DNA of 35,515 nucleotides from a virus (IMGVR_UViG_3300027963_000015:1-35515), one strand, 5' to 3'; shown: positions 9,905 through 18,903, counted from the first letter of the stretch. Made by a program: numbers and translations. Notes: generated by a model from the sequence alone, not told the origin.

Positions 9905-11236
9905 TTAGATTCTCCTATACTGGGTTTGAGGGGTGGATTTCCACATTTCTTCTAGCGTTACTTCATTCTGTCCAACACTAATGCCACGAATCGGTGCGTT
10001 TTGCTTCGCAATTTCTGCTTCATCTCGCCAAGCCACAGAAAGCATCCTAAAAGCATCCGCTCCATGACTTGTCCAATCATGGCGAGGCTTATCTCGAAAT
10101 ACTTTCTTATCTTCATCGTATTCCCTTTGGTACTGACGCAAACATTCAATGCCCTCTGAACACTTCATGGCATCAAACCAAGTCCTAGCTAATGCCATCC
10201 TTGATGCTTGTATGCCGTCTTGTAATGACAGATTTGGAACAATTTTAAACGATTCTTTAGGTAATTTGTCAAAAATTTGCTCAATTATGCTCTTTCCGCC
10301 ACTTGCCAAAGTTTTAGCTCGTGCATCGTGTGGTAACCAATGTGTACCATATTCGTATGGTCGTTCTTTAATTTGGTTAGCGTAATAGATAATCGGTTGC
10401 CCATGAGCTTCGTGGTAATCTAATACTCGTATCTCTCCATGTACGACCTGATACCACCAAATAGCCGTAGCATCGTTAAAGCCCAAGTCCCAAGCCGTAT
10501 GCACAGGAAACATGGTGTCGCACTCAACCTTGTCAATACGCCCTGCATCGGTTAATAGTCGCATCTCAACGCCATATATAGCCCCAACTATGGAAGCCTC
10601 AAATGAACATTCGAACTCTTGTTGGTATTGGTCAATAGACATAGACTTTAAGGCATCGTCTAATTCGGCTTGGGGTAGGATTTCGGTCTTGCTTGCCCTT
10701 AAAACCTTACTAAACCAATCTGCTTTGTTTATCTCTGCGGTCTGATATATGTCATAAAAGGCGTTATGGCCTTTGGGTGTGCCAATGAAAACTGCCCAGC
10801 CCATTCTATCGCTCAAAAGTGGTCTTAAAACTGCACCCCATACGCTAGGTTTCATGTCAGCGTACTCGTCTAAGATTACCCCGTCTAGGTACATACCCCG
10901 TAATGCGTCAGGATTGTCTGCACCAAATAAACGAATTCTTGACCCGTTAATAAGCTCAACCCACAGTTCTGATTGGTTATGTCTGCGATATAAAGGCTCA
11001 CTAAACCTAAGCAAGTAATCCCAAGCAATAGATTTGGCTTGGCTATGATACGGGGCAATATAGGCATATCTACCATTGGGTTTGTTCTCCAATCCAGCCT
11101 TAATGATAAGGTCATTAATACAGGCTACAGTCTTACCTGCCCTGCGGTGGGCAATAACAATAGACCATCGTTGCTTACGCTCATGGAAGTCAGCAAATAT
11201 AGGTCTAGGGCGGTACTTTAGCTTTATGTTAGGCAT
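9905..11236 (-). CDS. terL: Terminase large subunit
   Basis: Walker A HRRAGKT, Walker B VILDEY, GTPKG coupling motif, RNase H-like WDLG and SHGADAFR. Confidence 0.95.
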   Translation of the reverse strand: MPNIKLKYRPRPIFADFHERKQRWSIVIAHRRAGKTVACINDLIIKAGLENKPNGRYAYIAPYHSQAKSIAWDYLLRFSEPLYRRHNQSELWVELINGSRIRLFGADNPDALRGMYLDGVILDEYADMKPSVWGAVLRPLLSDRMGWAVFIGTPKGHNAFYDIYQTAEINKADWFSKVLRASKTEILPQAELDDALKSMSIDQYQQEFECSFEASIVGAIYGVEMRLLTDAGRIDKVECDTMFPVHTAWDLGFNDATAIWWYQVVHGEIRVLDYHEAHGQPIIYYANQIKERPYEYGTHWLPHDARAKTLASGGKSIIEQIFDKLPKESFKIVPNLSLQDGIQASRMALARTWFDAMKCSEGIECLRQYQREYDEDKKVFRDKPRHDWTSHGADAFRMLSVAWRDEAEIAKQNAPIRGISVGQNEVTLEEMWKSTPQTQYRRI

Positions 11237-11564
11237 CTGCCCAAGAAATCTTTATATCGCCACCATCTTGGCCTGTGACCTCGTTAACTTGGGTTTCTTT
11301 CCACCTAGCCCTAGTCTTTAGCCAAAAGATAGCGGCAGCCGTATTACCTTTCTTGGCTTGGCTAAACAATGTGCCAGCAATAGCGGCATTAGCGTCTATA
11401 CGCCCCTCATCTAGTTCTTCTTTGTAATATTTGACCAAAGTATCAGCACTAATCTTTAGCCTACTGGCTATATCCTCATGGGGTACACCCAATGCAGATA
11501 ATCGTTTAGCGGTATCTTGGCTTTCTTTATTTGGTTTATGTGCGGGTCTGCCTTTTTCTGCCAT
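11229..11564 (-). CDS. terS: Terminase small subunit (HTH)
   Basis: IASRLKISADTLVKYY HTH, AAIFWLKTRARW; start MAEKGRP has a GGAG RBS; overlaps terL. Confidence 0.8.
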   Translation of the reverse strand: MAEKGRPAHKPNKESQDTAKRLSALGVPHEDIASRLKISADTLVKYYKEELDEGRIDANAAIAGTLFSQAKKGNTAAAIFWLKTRARWKETQVNEVTGQDGGDIKISWADA

Positions 11565-11566
11565 TT

Positions 11567-12754
11567 TTATAACTCCGCTAAAATAGCTTTTTTGCCCGTA
11601 AAGTCTTCCCAACGCTTGACTATTACATCGCAGTATTTAGGGTCTAATTCCATTAAATAGGCTATTCTGCCATTCTTTTCAGCAGCCAATAGAGTTGTGC
11701 CACTACCGCCAAAACTATCAAGCACAATATCCCCACCTTTAGTGTTGTTGAGCATTTGGTATTCAAACAAAGCTACAGGCTTCATGGTTGGGTGTTCACC
11801 ATTACGGCTCGGTTTATCAAACTCCAAAATAGTTGTTTGTTTGCGGTCAGTAGCCCATAGATGCCCAGCACCTTCTTTCCACCCATACAAGCATGGTTCA
11901 TGTTTCCAATGATAGTCTTGCCTACCCATAACCATAGTGGACTTTTTCCAAATAAGACATTGGCGTACCTTCCAACCAGCATCGTAGGCAGCACCTCTAA
12001 AATTGTAGCCTTCTGAGTCCGCATGCCATATATAAAATACAGCCCCAGCTTTCATAACAGTATCGGCAGTTACATAAGCATCCCGTAAAAACTGGCGGAA
12101 GCCTGCATTATCCATAGAGTCATTTTGTATAGTTAAGGCATCTTTAGTTTTGCCTTCGTAAGCTACATTGTAGGGAGGGTCGGTAAGCCACATATCTACT
12201 TGTCTGCCGTTTACAAGTTTATCCATATCGGTTACGCTACAGCTATCACCACACATAAGTCTATGATTTCCAAGAATATATATATCGCCTAGCTTGGTTT
12301 TAGGCTCGATTGGCGTTTCAGGTACGCTATCTTCATCGGTTAGCCCTTCGGTTGTTTCGGGGGCTAGTAAAGCGTCTAGTTCTTTATCGTCAAAGCCAAG
12401 TAGCGTTAGGTCAAAGTCTTGGTCTTTTAACTCTTGTAGCTCTAGCGACAGAAAGTTTGTATCCCACCCAGCGTTTAATGCCAACTTGTTGTCAGCAATC
12501 ACATAAGCCTTTTTTTGGGCTTCTGTCATGTCTTTAAGCTCAATCGTGGGTACTTTAGCCATACCCAGCTTTCTAGCGGCTAAGAGCCTGCCATGCCCCG
12601 CTATAACGCCTTTATCGCCATCAACTAATATAGGGTTAGTCCACCCAAATTCTTTAATACTGGCAGCTATTTGGGCTACTTGAGCATCGTCATGGGTTCG
12701 GCTGTTTTTAGCGTAAGGTATTAACGCTGTTACTTCTACTTCTTTTATCTGCAT
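11567..12754 (-). CDS. ParB-like N-terminal domain fused to an N6/N4 DNA methyltransferase (beta class)
   Basis: PYAKNSRTH..IAGHGRL ParB-like motifs; TDPPY motif IV; HPTMKP; DSFGGSGTT motif I. Confidence 0.9.
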   Translation of the reverse strand: MQIKEVEVTALIPYAKNSRTHDDAQVAQIAASIKEFGWTNPILVDGDKGVIAGHGRLLAARKLGMAKVPTIELKDMTEAQKKAYVIADNKLALNAGWDTNFLSLELQELKDQDFDLTLLGFDDKELDALLAPETTEGLTDEDSVPETPIEPKTKLGDIYILGNHRLMCGDSCSVTDMDKLVNGRQVDMWLTDPPYNVAYEGKTKDALTIQNDSMDNAGFRQFLRDAYVTADTVMKAGAVFYIWHADSEGYNFRGAAYDAGWKVRQCLIWKKSTMVMGRQDYHWKHEPCLYGWKEGAGHLWATDRKQTTILEFDKPSRNGEHPTMKPVALFEYQMLNNTKGGDIVLDSFGGSGTTLLAAEKNGRIAYLMELDPKYCDVIVKRWEDFTGKKAILAEL

Positions 12755-12793
12755 ACTACCTCAAGTGATTGATTTAGTTAGGTTAATTCTACA

Positions 12794-13867
12794 CTACTTT
12801 TGTTGTTCGTTAAATAGTTTTTCTAATAACGACCTTCTTGTTTCCTCATCAGCAACCATTGGTACAGCTAATGCGCCAGCCAAAATATCGCCTTCTTTGC
12901 TGCGTTTTGGGTCAAATGCGGCATATTTGCTTCTAATTAAAGATGGGTCTTGTACTGAAATAACATCACTTTTTTGACCTTTGTAAAAGTCATTAATGTA
13001 ATTTGTTACTTCATTCCATTTTGCTTGGTCAACATTAGACCATGTTTCGTCAGGAATAATGCCGTATTTTTCTTTGAGATATTCTTTTGCTCTAAATACA
13101 TGGCTATTTGGGCCTAAATCACGAACATTTAATATTTTTGTACCTTTTAGACCTAAATCTAAAGCAGCTTGTGCAATTTCATCGGTAGTTGTGTAACCAA
13201 AAGGGTCTAAATTCATTTCTTTAGGGTTAATTGGTTTACCAGCAACATTTGGCTTTAAGTCAAAAACTGCAAGATTGCCCCATCCTTGACCTCTACCAAC
13301 ACCTTTTAAAAAGTTATCTTCTTTTATTAAAACTGGCAATATGTTGCCACCGCCCGAACCTGATACATAGGTTTCAGCTACAACAGGATTTGTGGTAAAA
13401 AATGCTCCTGCTCCTGCTGTTTTATCTTTACCTACTACATCAAATACTTCTATGTCTGCATTAGTGCCATGATACGCAGGAGTTTTATAACCCATAGCTT
13501 CTGCTCTTTGCAAAGGCGTATTGTTAGGCGGCAAACCTAAACCACCTTGTTCTACAGGCAATGCTGCATTTGCTTGAGCAATTTTCATTCTTTCAGCAGT
13601 TGGCAATTTAGCAACGGAACCCATCAAATTAGGTACTTGTTCTAAAGCTCGCTCAAAAGCAGCCCTATCCCCCACTTGTATGCCTTGGTCACCCATTGTT
13701 AAAGAAGCGTCTATATCAGCCCGTTGTTGGGCTAGATTTTGGGCGGCTGTTGGGATTACATTGGCGACATAGTTTTTTAGCTGTCGGGCTAGAGGTGCGT
13801 TAGGGCCTGTAACTCCCTGTGGTGTTACATATCCGACTTGGCGTAAGGTTTCTGCCAATGTAGCCAT
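12794..13867 (-). CDS. ADP-ribosyltransferase-like protein (ART-PolyVal-like domain)
   Basis: AYHGT..F....GAGAFFTTNPVVAETY...GNILPV pattern; C-terminal IRSKYAAFDP. Confidence 0.6.
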   Translation of the reverse strand: MATLAETLRQVGYVTPQGVTGPNAPLARQLKNYVANVIPTAAQNLAQQRADIDASLTMGDQGIQVGDRAAFERALEQVPNLMGSVAKLPTAERMKIAQANAALPVEQGGLGLPPNNTPLQRAEAMGYKTPAYHGTNADIEVFDVVGKDKTAGAGAFFTTNPVVAETYVSGSGGGNILPVLIKEDNFLKGVGRGQGWGNLAVFDLKPNVAGKPINPKEMNLDPFGYTTTDEIAQAALDLGLKGTKILNVRDLGPNSHVFRAKEYLKEKYGIIPDETWSNVDQAKWNEVTNYINDFYKGQKSDVISVQDPSLIRSKYAAFDPKRSKEGDILAGALAVPMVADEETRRSLLEKLFNEQQK

Positions 13868-14014
13868 TTATGCCATCTGTTTAACAAATTGGTTAAAGTG
13901 CTTCATCAATTCCGCTTTACGCTTCATACGCTTATCTTCGTTCTTTTCTAGCGTGGTCTGTTTGTGCGGTTGCAACAAAAAGTTCTCAGGTTTAATCTTT
14001 TCTTTTTTAAACAT
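13868..14014 (-). CDS. Small basic hypothetical protein (48 aa, MFKKEKIKPENFLLQ...)
   Basis: Read manually; fills the gap exactly with a TAATG overlap and AAGGA RBS. Confidence 0.6.
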   Translation of the reverse strand: MFKKEKIKPENFLLQPHKQTTLEKNEDKRMKRKAELMKHFNQFVKQMA

Positions 14015-14208
14015 TACATATCCTTCATCTTATCGGTAAGCATTTGTTTTCTAGTCTTTTTGGGCGGTTTTGCAGTCTTAGCCGACTCAATAAAGTCTTG
14101 TTTGCTAGGAGCATCTTTGCTACCAACCTTGTTCATCTTTTCGCCTGAACCCGCAGCTATGCGTTTCTGTTTTTGATTAATGTTGTAATACAAACCTTGT
14201 TTAGCCAC
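14014..14208 (-). CDS. Small basic hypothetical protein
   Basis: GLYYNINQKQKRIAAGSGEKM, typical of small pre-terminase phage proteins. Confidence 0.65.
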   Translation of the reverse strand: MAKQGLYYNINQKQKRIAAGSGEKMNKVGSKDAPSKQDFIESAKTAKPPKKTRKQMLTDKMKDM

Positions 14209-14509
14209 AGTTCCATCTCCTCATGCTTGCTTTTGCTCGTTCAGCGTTTTTGCTGTTTTTTACTACCCCACCCATTCTTGCACAAAAACTAGCTTTTCTA
14301 CCCTTGTCGGCATCAGTCTTAGGGTTTGGGGCGGGGGCTTTTAAATTGGCGTTGTTCTTGCGATTGTAGGCTTCACGACCTTTGGCGGTCATGCCAGCCC
14401 CTTGCTCTGTTGGCAAGTAATTCTTACCTTTACCCGTTGTAGTCTTGGGTATTGGCTTATCGTGCTTATCTATTGCATCACGAATTTGGTCTTGTCGGCT
14501 CATTTTCAA
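14201..14509 (-). CDS. Small basic protein (DUF6321-like)
   Basis: GAGMTAKGREAYN..LKAP..RKASFCARM..RRWNC. Confidence 0.65.
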   Translation of the reverse strand: MKMSRQDQIRDAIDKHDKPIPKTTTGKGKNYLPTEQGAGMTAKGREAYNRKNNANLKAPAPNPKTDADKGRKASFCARMGGVVKNSKNAERAKASMRRWNCG

Positions 14510-14525
14510 GAATTTTCAAGAAATT

Positions 14526-14711
14526 TCAGGCTTTTTCTTCAATGTACTTGCCATATGCTTCTTCTAGCTTGTTCTTGCGGTTGCCTTTAGCGTATTTACG
14601 CTCAGTTGCAAGAGCAATAGCTACGGCTTGACGCTTTCCTTTGCCAGATTCCATCTCTTTTTTAATGTTTTTGCCTACAGCTTCTTTGCTACCTGATTTG
14701 ATTAATGGCAT
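14526..14711 (-). CDS. Small basic hypothetical protein
   Basis: MPLIKSGSKEAVGKNIKKEM..KRQAVAIAL; AAGGA RBS. Confidence 0.65.
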   Translation of the reverse strand: MPLIKSGSKEAVGKNIKKEMESGKGKRQAVAIALATERKYAKGNRKNKLEEAYGKYIEEKA

Positions 14712-14722
14712 GATTTATCCTT

Positions 14723-15079
14723 TTATTTCAAGAACTTGAGTTTATAAGTTGTGGTGTTAATCAGGTCTGCAATCTCATCAATCAGGTTTTGCAGTTCGCT
14801 ATCTTGCGGTAAATCTTGGCGGGCATCTGCCACAAAGTTTTGTAGGGATTCTAAGTATTTAATTGGGTCTTTGGGTTGGTGGTACACGCTTGGAAATGCG
14901 GTGAATTTGCCATACTTGCCAGCATAAGATTCAGCAAAGCTGTCAGTTAAATCTACAATACCTTCATAGTATTTTTGCAACGCTTTATGGCGTGAGTAAG
15001 AATCCGTTGTGAAATGGAAAAAATGCGTGTTAGTCGCAGAATGTAGTAATGTTGCTACAAATAAAGCACAATTTTCCAT
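14723..15079 (-). CDS. Ferritin/Dps-like four-helix protein (DUF5856-like)
   Basis: THFFHFTT.SYSRHKALQKYYE....TDSFAE matches the Dps ferroxidase helix pattern. Confidence 0.65.
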   Translation of the reverse strand: MENCALFVATLLHSATNTHFFHFTTDSYSRHKALQKYYEGIVDLTDSFAESYAGKYGKFTAFPSVYHQPKDPIKYLESLQNFVADARQDLPQDSELQNLIDEIADLINTTTYKLKFLK

Positions 15080-15094
15080 ACAAACTCCTTGTTT

Positions 15095-15391
15095 TTATTG
15101 ATTATAGTCGTGTTTTGGGATTAATCCAATCACTCTTAATGCAGATTCAGGGCTATCCACTCGGCTTAATGGCCCACCTTTCCAATTAGCTATAAACTTT
15201 AATTGTTCTGCGGTGAACTTGGCTTTAGCGTCACGCTTGACTTCCATCAAGATAGTTTCGCCATTAAAAGTTACCAATAAATCGGGTATTCCTTTGCCGA
15301 CTCTTGATAAATCGTACACATCAGCACCAGCTTCTCGTAGCGTTTTAACGATTTCGGCTTGATTTGCGTCAGTTCTTCTTGCGTATGCCAT
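15095..15391 (-). CDS. VRR-NUC/Holliday-junction-resolvase-like PD-(D/E)XK nuclease
   Basis: RTDANQAEIV..GKGIPDLLV..LMEVK..TAEQ. Confidence 0.75.
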   Translation of the reverse strand: MAYARRTDANQAEIVKTLREAGADVYDLSRVGKGIPDLLVTFNGETILMEVKRDAKAKFTAEQLKFIANWKGGPLSRVDSPESALRVIGLIPKHDYNQ

Positions 15392-15448
15392 TGTTTTTTA
15401 ACAGTAATCGGTTAATATATGCTAACTTTATCACGATTAGGGTCTTAT

Positions 15449-16480
15449 ATGGCTAAAAATCAGTATGGTGATTACATTGGTGATGACGAATTTATAGAGA
15501 AGTGGCGGTCATATCCTAGTCCCACAGCATTAGCAGAACATTTAGGTATCGGTGTTCGTGCCGTTATGAATCGTAGGCGGTCAGTAGAGATTAGGCAGAA
15601 TATAACGCTAGTAACCGACCTTAGTTATAAGCAAGAAAAAAGCAAAGAATATATTGAAAGAGCTAGGGCTGACAAGGCAAAACGCCAAGAATTACTGCAA
15701 GAACGCCTAGATGCTGCCACCCATAGCGTTAGACGGGGTATGGAATTAGAAAAAGGTCGAGTCATCATCTTTTCTGATGCCCACTTTACAGAAGATACAA
15801 CTACAGGGTTTAAAGCTCTGATTAAGTTTATTGAACATTTCAAGCCCAAAGCCATTATCTGTAACGGAGATGCCTTTGACGGGGCTGTATTGAGTCGATT
15901 CCCAAAGATTAACTATGACCGCCAACCAAGCGTATTAGACGAACTAAACTACTGTAAGACGCATTTAGATGCTATTGAAAAGGTTAGACCAGCAGGGTGT
16001 AGGCTAATATGGACTTTAGGTAATCACGATATGCGTTATGAGTCGGCTTTGGTATCTCGTGCCCCTGAGTTTTCGGGGGTCGATGGGTTTAACTTAAAGT
16101 ACCACTTCCCCCATTGGGAAACCTGTTGGTCATTTTGGGTCAATGATGATACTGTTATTAAGCACAGGCATAAGGGCGGTAGATATGCAGGCTATAACAA
16201 TGTTCAAGCCAGTTTTAGTAATATTTTTACAGGGCATACCCATGTTCTGACTCTAAGTCCTATATCAACCTTTGACCAAAAGACCTACTGGGGTGTACAA
16301 ACAGGCACTTTAGCCGATGTCAACGCAGAAAGTTTTAGCTACACAGAAGATAACGCAAAAGATTGGCGACAAGGGTTTGTCATGGCATCTTGGGAAAGAG
16401 GTCGGTTGTTAATGCCTGAGATGATTCAGGTTTGTGGTGAAAACGAGGTAGAGTTTCGTGGTGAAATATTAGAAGTATGA
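15449..16480 (+). CDS. Calcineurin-like metallophosphoesterase with N-terminal HTH-like region
   Basis: SDAH, NGDAFD, GNHD, KH and GHTH motifs; N-terminal PTALAEHLGIGVRAV; start at 15449 preferred over 15419. Confidence 0.85.
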   Translation: MAKNQYGDYIGDDEFIEKWRSYPSPTALAEHLGIGVRAVMNRRRSVEIRQNITLVTDLSYKQEKSKEYIERARADKAKRQELLQERLDAATHSVRRGMELEKGRVIIFSDAHFTEDTTTGFKALIKFIEHFKPKAIICNGDAFDGAVLSRFPKINYDRQPSVLDELNYCKTHLDAIEKVRPAGCRLIWTLGNHDMRYESALVSRAPEFSGVDGFNLKYHFPHWETCWSFWVNDDTVIKHRHKGGRYAGYNNVQASFSNIFTGHTHVLTLSPISTFDQKTYWGVQTGTLADVNAESFSYTEDNAKDWRQGFVMASWERGRLLMPEMIQVCGENEVEFRGEILEV

Positions 16481-16830
16481 AGATTACGCCTGAAATCTTA
16501 TCTAATCTATACGGGTCATTTTGCTGTGCTTACCCATTTAGTAAGTGGGATATGCCTTTGCCCCAAGAGGTGAAATTTGAGATAACGCAAGATGTAGATG
16601 CAATGGGAACTTATTTGCTAGACACAGAAGAAGATTACCAGCATTACATCACCATTTCGGCTGCTAGGTGTGCGTTTTGGGACACCATCTGTAGAACATT
16701 GGCCCACGAATGCGTCCATATGAGTTTTTATCGTCAAAAGGGCGATAAATGGATGTCACATGGCAAAGAATTTCGTAGGCGTTGCCGTATGGTAGCTGAA
16801 GAATTTGGCTTTGACCCCTTAGAGTTGTAG
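16477..16830 (+). CDS. SprT-like zinc metallopeptidase domain protein
   Basis: TLAHECVH (HExxH) followed by SHGKEF; ATGA coupling to the phosphoesterase. Confidence 0.75.
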   Translation: MKITPEILSNLYGSFCCAYPFSKWDMPLPQEVKFEITQDVDAMGTYLLDTEEDYQHYITISAARCAFWDTICRTLAHECVHMSFYRQKGDKWMSHGKEFRRRCRMVAEEFGFDPLEL

Positions 16831-17091
16831 CCTAGCCTTAACTATATCTAGTAAGGTATCGAACTCAACTTTGTGGTATCTCTCGAAAGCCTTTGCTCCG
16901 AGTCCATGCACACCTGTAGCACCTCTGTGATGCTCGGTACATAAGGGGAGTATTGGTGCTTCTGACCGCTTTCCACCGAATCGTCTGACATGGTGAAGCT
17001 CTGCGGGGGTGTCATTGAAACCCATGTGGTAGCATAAGACGCAACCAAGTCTTGCAATATCGTCATGGCGTTTTTTATCCTTTTTGTTCAT
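16819..17091 (-). CDS. Ref-like (RecA-dependent) HNH nuclease
   Basis: GCVLC...PAELHH...PLCTEHHRG..GVH. Confidence 0.75.
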   Translation of the reverse strand: MNKKDKKRHDDIARLGCVLCYHMGFNDTPAELHHVRRFGGKRSEAPILPLCTEHHRGATGVHGLGAKAFERYHKVEFDTLLDIVKARLQL

Positions 17092-17437
17092 TAGCGTAGT
17101 CGTACCACATTAAATAGAAAGCCTTAAATTCGTCAACCCCGTTGCCTAGTTTAGTGCATCCAAAGGGTTGGACTTGCCAAAAGTTTTCTATAACTAACTG
17201 GTCATCTGTGTTGCCTTGCACAATAACGACTGTAAAGTTAGGTGTTTTAGCAAAGGCTTGCAATAGGCGTTTTTGACCCTCGCTAACCTTTTCATTGGGG
17301 CGTTTCCACTCCATCACCAAAAACTTGCCGTTACGCTCTGCAATCCCATCTATGTTACTAGGGCAGAAGTTTTGGTTTGTTGGTATTAAACCTTTAAACG
17401 CACCATAGTCTATATGGGTGGCGTAGGCATTACGCAT
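17075..17437 (-). CDS. Putative PD-(D/E)XK nuclease-like protein
   Basis: NIDGIAER..FLVMEWK..SEGQ; start MRNAY chosen because it follows the stop of the upstream small ORF. Confidence 0.6.
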   Translation of the reverse strand: MRNAYATHIDYGAFKGLIPTNQNFCPSNIDGIAERNGKFLVMEWKRPNEKVSEGQKRLLQAFAKTPNFTVVIVQGNTDDQLVIENFWQVQPFGCTKLGNGVDEFKAFYLMWYDYANEQKG

Positions 17438-17441
17438 TATC

Positions 17442-17609
17442 TTATTGAATGTTTGCATCTTTTTGCAGTACATCCTCTAGTTCTTGGGCTAAATCGGTCA
17501 CATCACAGCTTACTAAATAGGCTTCAGTTGCATGATTTTTTATTGAAAATTCATGCACTTTTTTGATGGCTCGGTTAAGTTCTAGCATTACTTCAGCGTA
17601 ATCTCTCAT
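17442..17609 (-). CDS. Hypothetical protein (55 aa, MRDYAEVMLELNRAIKK...)
   Basis: Read manually; ATGA overlap with the upstream gene. Confidence 0.6.
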   Translation of the reverse strand: MRDYAEVMLELNRAIKKVHEFSIKNHATEAYLVSCDVTDLAQELEDVLQKDANIQ

Positions 17610-17935
17610 CGGGTCAACCTTTCTATATTTCTGTCATTAGCTTGTTGGGTACGCCATGCTTCAAAACGCATCTTGGCGGCTTCTAATTGCCATCGTAGGG
17701 CTTCTTTTTGCTCTACCGCTACCCCTATGGCTTTGCATAAGTCTTGGTATTCAGGACTGCGGTAGGCTTCTCGTTCCTGTGCCCCTAGCGATTGTTCTTC
17801 GGTCTGCGACATCTTGATGGCTTTAAGACTATGCCTAAAGTTCTCAAGTTGGGCTAGTTCACCGCTTGCTTTAGCGTATTGCGGTGCTGTTTTAAATATA
17901 AAGTCTATTGCTTCGTGTGGGTCATATTCTTTCAT
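17606..17935 (-). CDS. Hypothetical helical protein
   Basis: ORF with GGAG RBS within the co-oriented cluster. Confidence 0.7.
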   Translation of the reverse strand: MKEYDPHEAIDFIFKTAPQYAKASGELAQLENFRHSLKAIKMSQTEEQSLGAQEREAYRSPEYQDLCKAIGVAVEQKEALRWQLEAAKMRFEAWRTQQANDRNIERLTR

Positions 17936-18731
17936 TTAATCGCTCCATTAATAATTGCCATGCAACAGCCGCCACTTGCGGTACTTGTCCGTTTCCAATG
18001 GCCTTAAGTCTGTCCACTCTTGCGGCCACCCCATCAGCCACTCGTAAAGGTTCGGGTTGATTGAAGATGGTATGTAAGTTCCGTTTTTGATAGCATTTTT
18101 GTAAGCCCCAGAGCCTCCAGCGTTCCCCCCCCCCGTTGGAGTTGTTGAAGTTGGCCATATTACCCCCCGTTTCTGCATTGCTTTCCTGCTGTTGCTGCCC
18201 CCCGAACTGCCTGTCGTTGGAGTATGGAAAAACTTCTCGTTGTCGGGCAACAATCCAAATTCTCTTTCGGTGATGTTTAGCTCCGATGTCTGACGCTCCC
18301 AGCACTCCCCATTCCGCATCGAACCCCATGTTGGCCAAGTCTGCGAGAACTCGGTCAATTCCTCTATGAGTGAGCATTGGGCTGTTTTCCACGAACACGA
18401 ACTTTGGTCGTACTTCGCAAATGACCCTTGCCATCTCTTTCCACATTCCTGACCGCTCTCCGTCAATCCCTGCTCCTTTACCTGCGGCAGAGATGTCTTG
18501 GCATGGAAACCCGCCCGAAACGACATCAACAATTCCTCGCCAAGGGTTTCCGTCAAAGGTTTGAACATCATCCCAAATCGGGAAAGGCGGGAGTATTCCG
18601 TCATTTTGTCGGGCAAGCAATACGCTTGCTGGGTATGACTCCCATTCGACTGCACAGACTGTTCGCCATCCGAGCAAATGTCCCCCAAGTATTCCCCCAC
18701 CAGCACCTGCGAAAAGAGCCAACTCATTCAA
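17922..18731 (-). CDS. C5 cytosine DNA methyltransferase, alpha polypeptide (motifs I-VIII and X)
   Basis: LFAGAGG (I), GGFPCQ (IV), VENS (VI), HHRKRIW (VIII), RLKAIGNG (X); TTG start at 18731 after a GGGGGG RBS. Confidence 0.9.
   Translation of the reverse strand: MNELALFAGAGGGILGGHLLGWRTVCAVEWESYPASVLLARQNDGILPPFPIWDDVQTFDGNPWRGIVDVVSGGFPCQDISAAGKGAGIDGERSGMWKEMARVICEVRPKFVFVENSPMLTHRGIDRVLADLANMGFDAEWGVLGASDIGAKHHRKRIWIVARQREVFPYSNDRQFGGQQQQESNAETGGNMANFNNSNGGGERWRLWGLQKCYQKRNLHTIFNQPEPLRVADGVAARVDRLKAIGNGQVPQVAAVAWQLLMERLNERI
17948..18727 (-). CDS. Overlapping alternative-frame ORF: putative beta polypeptide of a heterodimeric C5 methyltransferase
   Basis: 259 stop-free codons nested in the alpha gene; INPNLYEWLMGWPQEWTD motif-IX-like segment; its ATG overlaps the stop of the upstream ORF. 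Confidence 0.75.
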   Translation of the reverse strand: MSWLFSQVLVGEYLGDICSDGEQSVQSNGSHTQQAYCLPDKMTEYSRLSRFGMMFKPLTETLGEELLMSFRAGFHAKTSLPQVKEQGLTESGQECGKRWQGSFAKYDQSSCSWKTAQCSLIEELTEFSQTWPTWGSMRNGECWERQTSELNITEREFGLLPDNEKFFHTPTTGSSGGSNSRKAMQKRGVIWPTSTTPTGGGNAGGSGAYKNAIKNGTYIPSSINPNLYEWLMGWPQEWTDLRPLETDKYRKWRLLHGNY

Positions 18732-18903
18732 TCCATTCCCCCCAGTTACCTTTATTACCTTTTTTCCATTGGTCTGCAAATCCACTTAGTAAATTACTAT
18801 CAAGTTTATATTTTGATAGGTATTCTCTAAACTTTGCTAACCCCCATTGACTACGCCATTTACATAACTGCCGTACTGCACATTGGTATTGGTGTTCAAT
18901 CAA
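18724..18903 (-). CDS. Hypothetical protein (59 aa, ...CAVRQLCKWR...QWKKGNKGNWGEW)
   Basis: Read manually; TTG start overlaps the upstream gene and the stop overlaps the beta ATG. Confidence 0.6.
   Translation of the reverse strand: MIEHQYQCAVRQLCKWRSQWGLAKFREYLSKYKLDSNLLSGFADQWKKGNKGNWGEWIE

Noticed and set aside
17922-18785. Frameshifted methyltransferase pseudogene
   Set aside because: Both frames are open across their whole length, and motif X remains in the same frame as motif I
18428-18850. 140-aa plus-strand ORF over the methyltransferase
   Set aside because: Antisense to an already dual-coding region, with no protein-like features
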